Source: a virus (Duplodnaviria > Caudoviricetes). Taken from it: DNA of 64,000 bases. The stretch is taken from IMG/VR virus record IMGVR_UViG_3300047160_009226, positions 64,001-128,000 of that record; one strand, 5' to 3'. The position numbers were made by a program, and so were the translations under genes. The notes under the pieces were generated by a model. It worked only from the letters and a program-made list of their open reading frames with translations. It had not been told where the DNA came from and made no database searches. Below, in pieces: positions 55,101 through 64,000 of this stretch. How positions within the stretch are numbered: the first letter of the stretch is position 1; each line of letters opens with the position of its first letter.

Positions 55101-56615
55101 TTAGTCCATTATATATCCGTGTATGTAAGTTCCACTATTATAAATGGTCACTGTTTGTGATACAGTGTATGCATTATATAACCCTTCCACTATAGTGAGC
55201 CAATGCAAGCCAATTTGGAGATTGCTACTAGGAGAATACTTATTCCACATTAAGTCTATTTGTGGAGAATTTATCTGAGATAGAGTGTCATTTGAATAAC
55301 TATTCGCAGTAGCTGCATCCAGTTGAACACCATGATACATTGAAGCACTCTGAGCATTCATGTTAACGATGATACTGCTATCTACTTCTATAAATTGGCC
55401 ACCTCCTATCCCTATATTTCCTGCGCTGCTACCTATTAGGAAGTAAAATCGAGCATTAGCATCATCACCGTTAACTGCACGATATATAATTACACCATTA
55501 GCGACTGTGAAATTCCAACTAGTAGCACCCGTATATTGAAACTTTATCTTCCGAGGTACCTGATTATAAGCATTCCAAAGTAATCGTGCGGTACTTGAAT
55601 CAGTTCCATGTCCAGCCGTACCATATATGTACAAAGTACCCACATAACGCCAATTCTGATTGCCTCCTTGAAAAAGCATACCCGCAGTAGGTCCCATTAG
55701 AGCAGTGGCTCTGGTATTATTGCCACTCCATGCTGTACCAAGACCTAAACTAGCTGTCCCATTCAAGTTATTCTGAATAAACACATCATATACAGTGTTA
55801 AGAGGATAAGATGCTAGACTTAGACTATAACCAGCATTTGGTAGCAAAATATCTTCATAGTCACTGATATTGCTATTCCAAAGTGTAATATGATTGCCAT
55901 TACATGGGAGATAATAAAGAGTAGTTGCAGCAGTAATATCAGATAACGAAACTGGATTAGCGGAATCATAAGTCAGTCTGCCACAAGCACGGGGATTGGC
56001 TATAGTTCCAAATGGGGTTCCATATGGTGTAAAACCGCCTTTAATATTAGCATTCAAATCACGGGCTCTGAAACTTGGATATCCAGCTACCGGTGTCAAG
56101 TCCACCAAACCAGCGACTTGGATAAGTGGAGATGCAAATCCTGTTGGACTAAAAGTAAATGCACTAGTACCACCGAAAACACCGCTATTATTAAACTGTA
56201 TATATGTGTTAGAACCTGCTGATGGAGTACTCGGCAGTGGCTGCCAACTAGAATCGCCTCTCAGAAATGTGTTAATACTAGCTGTACCAGTACCTAAGCG
56301 AGCTGTTGGAACAGTGCCTGATGTAAAATAAGTAGCGTTCAAATTAGTGAGACCAGATCCAGAGCCTACGAAGTTTGTAGCAGAAAGAGTGTTAGTACTG
56401 TTATTAAAAGTAAGACCTGAGTTTCCGGATAGAGCCCCAGCTGAATTATATAGTACCTGACCACTGCTTCCTGGAATAGTTAAACTTGGTACTACCCAAG
56501 TGCCATCTCCTCTTAAATACGTAGAAGTGCTTACAGTACCAGAACCCAGCCTGGCAGTCGGCATTATGCCGGCGGTAATGTTAGAAGCATTTAATGAAGT
56601 GAGGTCAATAGCCAT
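55101..56615 (-). CDS. Tail fibre / receptor-binding paralog 3
   Basis: LNASN...ARLG.G...FLRGD and QYN..G repeats, shared ACGRLT...WNAYNQVPRK core; start at MAIDLTS. Confidence 0.8.
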   Translation of the reverse strand: MAIDLTSLNASNITAGIMPTARLGSGTVSTSTYLRGDGTWVVPSLTIPGSSGQVLYNSAGALSGNSGLTFNNSTNTLSATNFVGSGSGLTNLNATYFTSGTVPTARLGTGTASINTFLRGDSSWQPLPSTPSAGSNTYIQFNNSGVFGGTSAFTFSPTGFASPLIQVAGLVDLTPVAGYPSFRARDLNANIKGGFTPYGTPFGTIANPRACGRLTYDSANPVSLSDITAATTLYYLPCNGNHITLWNSNISDYEDILLPNAGYSLSLASYPLNTVYDVFIQNNLNGTASLGLGTAWSGNNTRATALMGPTAGMLFQGGNQNWRYVGTLYIYGTAGHGTDSSTARLLWNAYNQVPRKIKFQYTGATSWNFTVANGVIIYRAVNGDDANARFYFLIGSSAGNIGIGGGQFIEVDSSIIVNMNAQSASMYHGVQLDAATANSYSNDTLSQINSPQIDLMWNKYSPSSNLQIGLHWLTIVEGLYNAYTVSQTVTIYNSGTYIHGYIMD

Positions 56616-56641
56616 GAATAATATCTCATAATATAGTCTAA

Positions 56642-58174
56642 TCAGCCCATTAACCAACCGATCATCTGAGTGCCGCCAGTGTAGAATGTAACAGTTGCCG
56701 AAGCGCCACTATTATTATAAAATGATTCTGACATGGTAAACCAATGAAGTCCAATTCCAAGATTACCAGGTAATACATACCTATTTTGTAATGTAGATAA
56801 TTGAGTAATGCCGCTAGCCGAAGCAATCTGAGATGCTATATCATTTGAAAAATTATTAACAGTGGCCATATCAAGTGCCACACCAGCGTGAACATTACAA
56901 TTTTGTGTAGGTATGTATGCACACATATAGTTATCCATTACTACAAACTGAACACCATCCATTCCTATATGATTACTATCGCCTCCCATTACGAAATATA
57001 CTCTTGCAGCATTAGTATTATCACCATTGACAGCACGATAAATAATCGTTCCTGAAGTGGGATTAGTATAAGTCCAGGAACCGCCACCTGGATTATAATT
57101 GCTTAAGGACAGCTTCCGAGGGACTTGATTATAAGCATTCCAAAGGCAACGATAGTTCCTAGCATCAGAAATTTGTCCAGCTGCTGTCGTCCAAAACGTG
57201 CCTACATATCTAGCGTTCTGATTTAAGCCGGTGCCCATAAAAGACATACCGGCTGTAGCATACAAATCGACTGCCCTAGCACTACTATTAGTCCACGGAG
57301 TACTCCAGACTAACTGTGCTGTACCATTCAAGTTGTTCTGAATAAACAAATCATACATAAATCCAGACGGAAGAACAGAGATGTTCAAACTATAACCACC
57401 ATCTGGTACCCTGATATTCTCAAAGTCGGCGAGATTACTGTTATATAGTGTAATATAAGCTCCGTTACATGGTATATAATAAATGATACTGGCCGCAGTA
57501 ATATCGGCATTAGAAGCCGCATTATTAGGATCAAGAGTCAATCTACCGCAAGCATAAGGTACAGCCAGTGATCCAAATGGAGTGCCATAATACGTAAATC
57601 CGCCTTTGATATTTGTACCCGTATCCCGATATCTCAAACTAACAGTATTAGATACTGGTTGTGCATCTAAAGTACCCGTTAACTGAACAGTTGGCGGAGT
57701 GGCAGTCGAATTAAATAGAAGATTACTAGTACCACCAAAGACTCCATTATTGTTAAACTGAACTGCATTAACAGGACCAGCTGGTGCAGCCAATGGCGGT
57801 ATCTGCCAGCTACTATCTCCACGTAAAAAGGTGCTTGCACTATCACCAGGTCCCAGGTAAGCTGGTGGAACAATACCAGCAGTCAAATTAGATGCATTAA
57901 GTAATTGAACTGCACTAGCATTACCAGCCAAATTAGTAGCAGTGAGAGTACCAGTAGAAGCAGCAAAAGTAAAATTAGAACTGCCTGCCAATACTCCTCC
58001 AGCGTTATACTGAACCTGAGTATCAACTCCAGCCGATGCAGCAATAATAGCCTGCCAAGTATTATCACCACGCAAGAAAGTAGATGAGCTACCTACATTA
58101 GTTCCTATTCTAGCGGTAGATATAACCCCAGAAATAAAGCTATTTGCATTAGTAGCTGTAAGATCAGTACCCAT
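56642..58174 (-). CDS. Tail fibre / receptor-binding paralog 2
   Basis: Same architecture as paralog 3. Confidence 0.8.
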   Translation of the reverse strand: MGTDLTATNANSFISGVISTARIGTNVGSSSTFLRGDNTWQAIIAASAGVDTQVQYNAGGVLAGSSNFTFAASTGTLTATNLAGNASAVQLLNASNLTAGIVPPAYLGPGDSASTFLRGDSSWQIPPLAAPAGPVNAVQFNNNGVFGGTSNLLFNSTATPPTVQLTGTLDAQPVSNTVSLRYRDTGTNIKGGFTYYGTPFGSLAVPYACGRLTLDPNNAASNADITAASIIYYIPCNGAYITLYNSNLADFENIRVPDGGYSLNISVLPSGFMYDLFIQNNLNGTAQLVWSTPWTNSSARAVDLYATAGMSFMGTGLNQNARYVGTFWTTAAGQISDARNYRCLWNAYNQVPRKLSLSNYNPGGGSWTYTNPTSGTIIYRAVNGDNTNAARVYFVMGGDSNHIGMDGVQFVVMDNYMCAYIPTQNCNVHAGVALDMATVNNFSNDIASQIASASGITQLSTLQNRYVLPGNLGIGLHWFTMSESFYNNSGASATVTFYTGGTQMIGWLMG

Positions 58175-58186
58175 TAATCTCCTCCA

Positions 58187-59710
58187 TCAGCACCAAATAA
58201 ATCCTGTTATAGCACACCAGCCATTGCCATACAGAGTAGGTCCAGTCGTAATACCGCTATTATTATATACCCCTTCTGCTAATGTCAACCAATTATATCC
58301 AAGAGCAACCGGCTGAGTAGTCGGACAAAATCTATTCCATATCATAGCCGTGTTAACACTGTTACATTGAGATTGAACCTCATTGGAAAAACCAGTAACA
58401 GTGCCTTGATTCAGCGCAACTCCACCAAAAAAATCTACCCCTGAAGGTGTACCAAATAATTGTGTGCTATCTACCGAAAGCCATGGAATGCCCGCTACGC
58501 CCATATTACTACTCAATAGTCCAATCACAAAATAAAATCTGGCACTCTGGTCGTTATTAACTGCTCGATATACAGTGCTTCCAGTGGCTATAGAGAAAGT
58601 CCAACTACCTGTAGGATAACTATAAAACACCTTTCTAGGAACTTGATTATGGGCATTCCAAAGCAAACGCAAAGCCGGAGTATCTGCACTCTGGGCCGCA
58701 GCCTGTGTCATTATAGTTCCTACATAACGGCTATTTTGGTTGCTGCTATTGAAGAGCATGCCATTGATAGGATTAGTTAAAGCAGGTGCACCTGCTCCAC
58801 GAGTATTCAAATTCGTCCAGGCGGAACTACAGACCAATGCCGCCGTGCCATTCAGATTGTTTAAAATATAACAGTCAAACATGCTGTTAGCAATGGAAGG
58901 TACAGATATACTAAAACCAGCATCGGGAACTCTGATATTCTCAAAATCATTAAGGTTACTATTCCACAATGTAATCTGGTTTCCATTGAAAGGGATATAA
59001 TAAATGGTGGCAGTGCTAGCACCAGAATAACTATTATTCGAAGCCGGATTAGCGGAGTCAAATGTCAGTCTGCCACAGGCACAAGGAGTCGCTAAAGTCC
59101 CATAAGGAGTACCGTATGATGTAAAGCCACCTTTGATAGCGGAACTAGTATCTCTAAATTGAAAACTAGACCCAGATACAGCAGTCAAATCCAAACAACC
59201 ATTATATGCGGCAAGAGGTGGAGTAGCAGTCGAAATAAAGGTGAGATTTAAATTGCCAGCGAAGACTCCAAAATTGTTGTACTGAATTGCTGTATTAGCT
59301 CCCGCTGGTGGAGTAATCGACGGTGTCTGCCAACTTCTATCTCCACGCAGAAAAGCGCTAGTACTGGCTGTACCTGAACCTAATCTGGCAGTAGCCATAG
59401 TGCCAGATGTAATGTTATTTGCATTGAGATTAATAATACCGGCACCTGAACCGGATAGATTGAGAGCTGTGAGAGTATTAGTAGTATAGTTAAAAGTGAA
59501 ATTCGCACTGCCACCCAAGACCCCAGACGAATTGTACTGAACCTGAGTATCGGCACCTGCAGCAGGAGGGATAGGGGCTGTCCAGACACTGGTGCCACAG
59601 AGATATGTTATAGTACTAGTAATGCCAGTGCCCAAATGAGCAGCTGGTACAGTACCTATATTTACATTATTAGCATTAAGATCTTTGAGATCAGTAGAGT
59701 TCAGCGGCAT
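58187..59710 (-). CDS. Tail fibre / receptor-binding paralog 1
   Basis: Same architecture as paralog 3. Confidence 0.8.
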   Translation of the reverse strand: MPLNSTDLKDLNANNVNIGTVPAAHLGTGITSTITYLCGTSVWTAPIPPAAGADTQVQYNSSGVLGGSANFTFNYTTNTLTALNLSGSGAGIINLNANNITSGTMATARLGSGTASTSAFLRGDRSWQTPSITPPAGANTAIQYNNFGVFAGNLNLTFISTATPPLAAYNGCLDLTAVSGSSFQFRDTSSAIKGGFTSYGTPYGTLATPCACGRLTFDSANPASNNSYSGASTATIYYIPFNGNQITLWNSNLNDFENIRVPDAGFSISVPSIANSMFDCYILNNLNGTAALVCSSAWTNLNTRGAGAPALTNPINGMLFNSSNQNSRYVGTIMTQAAAQSADTPALRLLWNAHNQVPRKVFYSYPTGSWTFSIATGSTVYRAVNNDQSARFYFVIGLLSSNMGVAGIPWLSVDSTQLFGTPSGVDFFGGVALNQGTVTGFSNEVQSQCNSVNTAMIWNRFCPTTQPVALGYNWLTLAEGVYNNSGITTGPTLYGNGWCAITGFIWC

Positions 59711-59749
59711 AAATTATCCTCTCACTTCCGAGTATGTTATATTATTCAA

Positions 59750-62700
59750 TTACGCCATAATCCAAGCTGAAATACCACCATATGGACTACCATATGCAGT
59801 CAAAGTTTGACTGCTCGCAGTTCCATTCCACAGAGCCTCTAGCAAAGTAAGCCAATGATGTCCAAGAGCTAAGTAACTTGTCATTTTGAAGACTGAAGTC
59901 GTTAGAACAGTAGCATAAACCTGTGGTGTATAATCGCAAGCATTAGTCCAACCACTGGTTTGATCAAGAGATGCACAACCATAAAAATTAACATTAGCAG
60001 CAGAAGTAGCGGATCCTAAATAATATCCATCCGCATAAAGAAACGGATCACCTGGAGAACCTCCATACAAAAAATCAACCCTGGCATTAATATCATTGTT
60101 AATCGGACGCGTAATCGTAGTATTTTGAGTTGCGTTTGTAAGAGTCCAACTAGCTATAGAATATCTGAAATATATTCGCCTACGGACCTGATTATATGCA
60201 TTCCAACAATACCGTCTTACCATCGAGTCTTCTATCTGTCCAGCGGCAGCAGTAGTACGAATAGTGCCAACCCACCTCAAATTCTGATTAGCGCCTGATC
60301 CAGAAAAATACATTCCACTAGAAAAATACAGGGCAGTAGCTCTAGTAGTATCATTAGTCCAAGCAGTTCCAATGACCAGTGTCGGAGTAGTTCCATTATT
60401 ATTCTGGACAAATATATCATAATTGGTATTGGCAGCCAACGAACTAACAGAAACCGATATGCCACTATCAGATATAGTAACATTTTCAAACACATTGCTA
60501 GTGGTGTTATATAGGGTTATTGTGTTGCCAATAAAAGGCAAATAATAAAGCGTTACAACAGCTGTGAAGTCTGCTGTTGATATTGGAGCAGCAGAATTAC
60601 ATGTCAATCTACCCTGTGCTACTGGAGTCGCTAGTGCTCCGAATGGAGCTACTGAAGCAGAATAACTAGTCGTCCCTGCTCTTACAGTAGTTCCAGTGTC
60701 CCTTATCGAAAGAGCACCAGCGGGACCAACCGCAAATCTGAGATTTTCACTGCTATCATGTATCTCAAAGAGATTAGTAGTACCCTGGTTAGTAGAACCT
60801 CTGGTAGAAATCAAGCCGCTTGGTTGCAATCTTAAAAACGGACCAGGGTCCACACTATTAGCACCTAATACCAGTGTGTTACCTGTATTTAATCCGGTGA
60901 TGTCAGGATTAGCCAGGTTACCCTGAGAATGATTAGTCACCATTCCATTAGCAGAAATAGTACCGCCAGTATTCACATTAAAAAGGCTAGTGCCACCAAT
61001 CTGCAGATCCAACAATAACGAATTAGCACCAGAGGCAGTATTAGTCATGTTGACCAATAGTGGAGCAGCAAAATTAGTAGCTGCATTATTAAATGTTCCT
61101 GTGATAGACAACGCTTGTGTAGAAGTAGTAATAGTACCAGTTGACAAAACCAGTGGAACAGGGAGGCGTGCAGACGGAATGGTACCCGATGCAAGATTGC
61201 TGGCGTTCAAACCAGTGAGAGCAGTACCTGATCCAACCAAGTTGCCAACGGTAAGAGTGCTAGTTGCATTATTAAATGTAAAGTTAGCGCTGCCAGCCAA
61301 TATCCCCGCCGAATTATACTGAACCTGAGTATCAGATCCAGCAGGACCAATTTGCTGCATGATCATCTGCCACGAATAATTAAGCTGTACACTAACATCC
61401 TGTCCTGGAATAGTAGATCCAATTTGAATGACATCGATCCGTAACAAAGTTCCGGCTGCTAAGGTACCGGTATCAAATGTCGAAGTAGTACCCGAATTGC
61501 TGCCAGCGGCCATGGTGGGCCGATTAGCCTGATTAGTCGCCCATAGTGAAGTAAAGGTAGTTCCACCATTCGTGGAGTACAAGATATCCAAGATAACACT
61601 AGTACCAGTCGGAGCTGTCTTAGCAGCGATCTTAACGCTCTGCAAAGTACAGGGCCAGTTGATAATCTCCCATGTGGTTTTATCAGTTCCCACTGTAAGT
61701 GGGGTGTTCACACCCAGTGACCAATTGACAGCCTGAGTGGTTGATGCAGCGACTGCTTGCCAGGTATTATCACCACGTAAGTAAGTAGTGTTATTAGCAG
61801 TGCCTGTTCCCAATACTGCAATGGGAACAGTACCCGATCCAAGATTGGATGCGTTAAGAGCGGTCAGTCCAGTAGCGGGGCCGTAAAATCCTCCGGTGCT
61901 TGTAACACCAGACAAAACAGTAGCACCACTATTCTGCCACTGTTGCAAATCAGCTGTCTGAGTGGTAAAAGATCTAACAATCATCTGGACTTTATTACCA
62001 GCACCAATAATTCTTGCACTATCTGTTACATCCAAACCCCAATCGTTGGCACCACCGGGAGCCAGCAATAACGCAGCTGTATTAGAGTTCACTGCACCTG
62101 AGACATTGCCATATAGACCAGTATTTCTGCTAGCTCCAGATCCATAAGAATAAGCATATACTCCATAATTAGTTGAATTAGCAGCGCCATTAGTAGTGCC
62201 ATTAACTCCCATATTCTCTATGATGCTACTATCAGCGTATCCATACACACCGATATTATAGCCACCAGTAGTAGTACATTGACCATGAACAGCATAACAC
62301 CATGCGCTAGGGGCGGTTCCTGTAACATTTCCTTCAACCCCTGTTCCAGATGTGGTAGCAGATACATTGAATTGACCTGCAATATGAGTGTCTGAACCCG
62401 TAACAACTAATGCACTCTGTGCTGCATTCCAGGTGAAATTACCACTCGCAGCAAATCCACCAGTACCATTAGAATATTGAATTTGACCAGCAGCCCCTAC
62501 CGAGCCAACAGCCGTTATTGTCTGCCAAGTACTATCACCACGGAGGAAAGTAGTGTTGTTCGCAGTACCTGATCCGAGTACAGCGGTAGCAACAGTACCA
62601 GAAGTGAGATTAGATGCATTAAGAGCAGTAATAGCCGTGCCAGATCCGGCAAGATTAGTTGCCGTAAGAGTAGTCCCATCAAAAGTCAAACCAGCGGAAC

Positions 62701-64000
62701 TAATAATTGTAGTTGAAGCACCCGAGTACAATACCTGATTAGGAGAACCATTAATAAACGCCTGATTAAAGGCTACACCACCAGGAACTTCGACTCTCCA
62801 GTGCTGTGAAGTTAAATCATACTGAATAAAAAGCCCAGTATTAGGAGTAAGTCGAACCGTTGCCCCACCAGGAATATAAAAGCGATTACCAACCAATGAA
62901 CTAGTACTGTCATGAAGCAGTGTAATATTTGTAGCACCCACATTCCAAATGTTGTGGACTTCGCCATCCTGACCAGCAGCAATCCCCGTAATACTGGCGT
63001 TTGTTGAATAACTCGCCCTCAAAAAGAAAGAAGCTCCAGGAGCCCAGTCATTCACACTATTGGATGGCAAAGTAATACTAACTGCATTAGAAGCCACGCT
63101 CTGAATAGCGAGAACTGTTCCATCAAAGGCCAGAGAAGAAGACTCAGCGAGATTATTACTTACATTAGCATAAAGAACGCGATTTGGTGTAGATCCGGAA
63201 ATCGCACCACCAATCGCCATTCCTCCACCAGTGCCAGTGCCACTCGACGCTGCCGTAATTCTCCCTTGTTGATCTACGGTAATATTGGTATTAGTATAAG
63301 ATCCAGGCGTCACAGCTGTGTTAGCTAAATAGGCAGCAGTGATTGGAGTGCCACTCCAAGTTCCAGATGTAATTGTTCCAACGGTGGTGATATCAGTACC
63401 AACTAATTTAGAAGCGGTAATGGAACCTGCGAGCATTGCATTAGTTACAACTCCAGGAGCGATTGTCGTTGCGATTGTCCCTGATCCAGAACCAGTAATG
63501 TTTCCAGTTAAAGTGAGAGTTTGTGGAGCTGCTGCCATTTGGGTAAAAAGAATTGGTGTCGTACCAATCACAAACGGACCCTGCCCAGTTTCCAACCAAA
63601 GAGTTCCTGCTTGTGTAGTCCCCTCCTCAACGACAGAGTAAGTCCCTTCTGCAACAGTAGTAGAGGAGTTATAATCAGTGGTTCTTGTCAAAATCCAGGC
63701 AACTGTTCCTGATCCTATATTTGTTACAGAATAGATGCCATTTGTGGGTGTGGTGGTCTGGTTCTTGATTAAGACTCTATCATTGGTTACAGCGGTGACA
63801 CCATCTAGAGAAAGAACTGCCAGGGTACCAGAATTTGTAAGAGTCGCTCCAACACCACTAGTGCCATTGTTGTAAGTAGCGGTCAAATTAACAGTCGAAG
63901 CTGAACGACAAGAAGCCTTAGCAGATAATCCAGAAGTGGCACTGTCCACATAGCTCTTATTAGCTACATCAGATCCTCCAACAGGAGTCGGCATTCCAGT
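59750..64000 (-). CDS. Long tail fibre protein, N-terminus truncated by the window edge
   Basis: Frame is open to base 64000 (TGMPTPVGGSDVANKSYVD fibre repeat); DRVLIKNQT..NGIY module; same C-terminal tip as the three downstream paralogs. Confidence 0.85.
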   Translation of the reverse strand, partial: TGMPTPVGGSDVANKSYVDSATSGLSAKASCRSASTVNLTATYNNGTSGVGATLTNSGTLAVLSLDGVTAVTNDRVLIKNQTTTPTNGIYSVTNIGSGTVAWILTRTTDYNSSTTVAEGTYSVVEEGTTQAGTLWLETGQGPFVIGTTPILFTQMAAAPQTLTLTGNITGSGSGTIATTIAPGVVTNAMLAGSITASKLVGTDITTVGTITSGTWSGTPITAAYLANTAVTPGSYTNTNITVDQQGRITAASSGTGTGGGMAIGGAISGSTPNRVLYANVSNNLAESSSLAFDGTVLAIQSVASNAVSITLPSNSVNDWAPGASFFLRASYSTNASITGIAAGQDGEVHNIWNVGATNITLLHDSTSSLVGNRFYIPGGATVRLTPNTGLFIQYDLTSQHWRVEVPGGVAFNQAFINGSPNQVLYSGASTTIISSAGLTFDGTTLTATNLAGSGTAITALNASNLTSGTVATAVLGSGTANNTTFLRGDSTWQTITAVGSVGAAGQIQYSNGTGGFAASGNFTWNAAQSALVVTGSDTHIAGQFNVSATTSGTGVEGNVTGTAPSAWCYAVHGQCTTTGGYNIGVYGYADSSIIENMGVNGTTNGAANSTNYGVYAYSYGSGASRNTGLYGNVSGAVNSNTAALLLAPGGANDWGLDVTDSARIIGAGNKVQMIVRSFTTQTADLQQWQNSGATVLSGVTSTGGFYGPATGLTALNASNLGSGTVPIAVLGTGTANNTTYLRGDNTWQAVAASTTQAVNWSLGVNTPLTVGTDKTTWEIINWPCTLQSVKIAAKTAPTGTSVILDILYSTNGGTTFTSLWATNQANRPTMAAGSNSGTTSTFDTGTLAAGTLLRIDVIQIGSTIPGQDVSVQLNYSWQMIMQQIGPAGSDTQVQYNSAGILAGSANFTFNNATSTLTVGNLVGSGTALTGLNASNLASGTIPSARLPVPLVLSTGTITTSTQALSITGTFNNAATNFAAPLLVNMTNTASGANSLLLDLQIGGTSLFNVNTGGTISANGMVTNHSQGNLANPDITGLNTGNTLVLGANSVDPGPFLRLQPSGLISTRGSTNQGTTNLFEIHDSSENLRFAVGPAGALSIRDTGTTVRAGTTSYSASVAPFGALATPVAQGRLTCNSAAPISTADFTAVVTLYYLPFIGNTITLYNTTSNVFENVTISDSGISVSVSSLAANTNYDIFVQNNNGTTPTLVIGTAWTNDTTRATALYFSSGMYFSGSGANQNLRWVGTIRTTAAAGQIEDSMVRRYCWNAYNQVRRRIYFRYSIASWTLTNATQNTTITRPINNDINARVDFLYGGSPGDPFLYADGYYLGSATSAANVNFYGCASLDQTSGWTNACDYTPQVYATVLTTSVFKMTSYLALGHHWLTLLEALWNGTASSQTLTAYGSPYGGISAWIMA

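Noticed and set aside
36030-59750. A late-promoter motif based on TAATA-like AT-rich words in intergenic gaps
   Set aside because: Too short and variable to separate from AT-rich background by eye.
55101-60250. Diversity-generating retroelement acting on the fibre tips
   Set aside because: Paralog differences are not confined to adenines; no near-identical TR/VR pair and no reverse transcriptase in the window.
1-64000. Stop-codon reassignment (alternative genetic code)
   Set aside because: Conserved genes are full length and tightly packed under code 11, and TAA, TAG and TGA all serve as stops.

Overview
A 64-kb slice of a large dsDNA (probably jumbo) phage genome. Essentially every real gene is on the minus strand and the standard genetic code reads through. 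From the right end inward: (i) a tail-fibre/receptor-binding block with one long fibre gene running off the window and three tandem paralogous ~500-aa tip genes (55-64 kb); (ii) large multi-domain proteins that are probably virion-associated, including a Nudix + ART-like fusion and a four-repeat protein (42-51 kb); (iii) bacterial-type clamp-loader subunits, a HAD-like protein and glycosyltransferases (31-42 kb); (iv) an accessory/early region (9.6-36 kb) organised by about 15 copies of one promoter, consensus GAGAAA-N17-TATAGT. It carries a Dda-like helicase, a Tad2-like protein, a catalytically dead PolA, a host-like RICIN-calpain gene between two related palindromes, SNF2, YhaM, a MoxR/VWA pair, ClpS and tRNA-Leu; (v) a recombination/repair block (GroES, SSB-like, RuvC-like, UDG, intein-containing RecA) preceded by a ~360-nt non-coding region that can fold into a double-pseudoknot RNA. 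A planctomycete-type signal motif and a planctomycete-like ClpS suggest a Planctomycetota host. All assignments come from motif recognition by eye; no database searches or folding programs were run.
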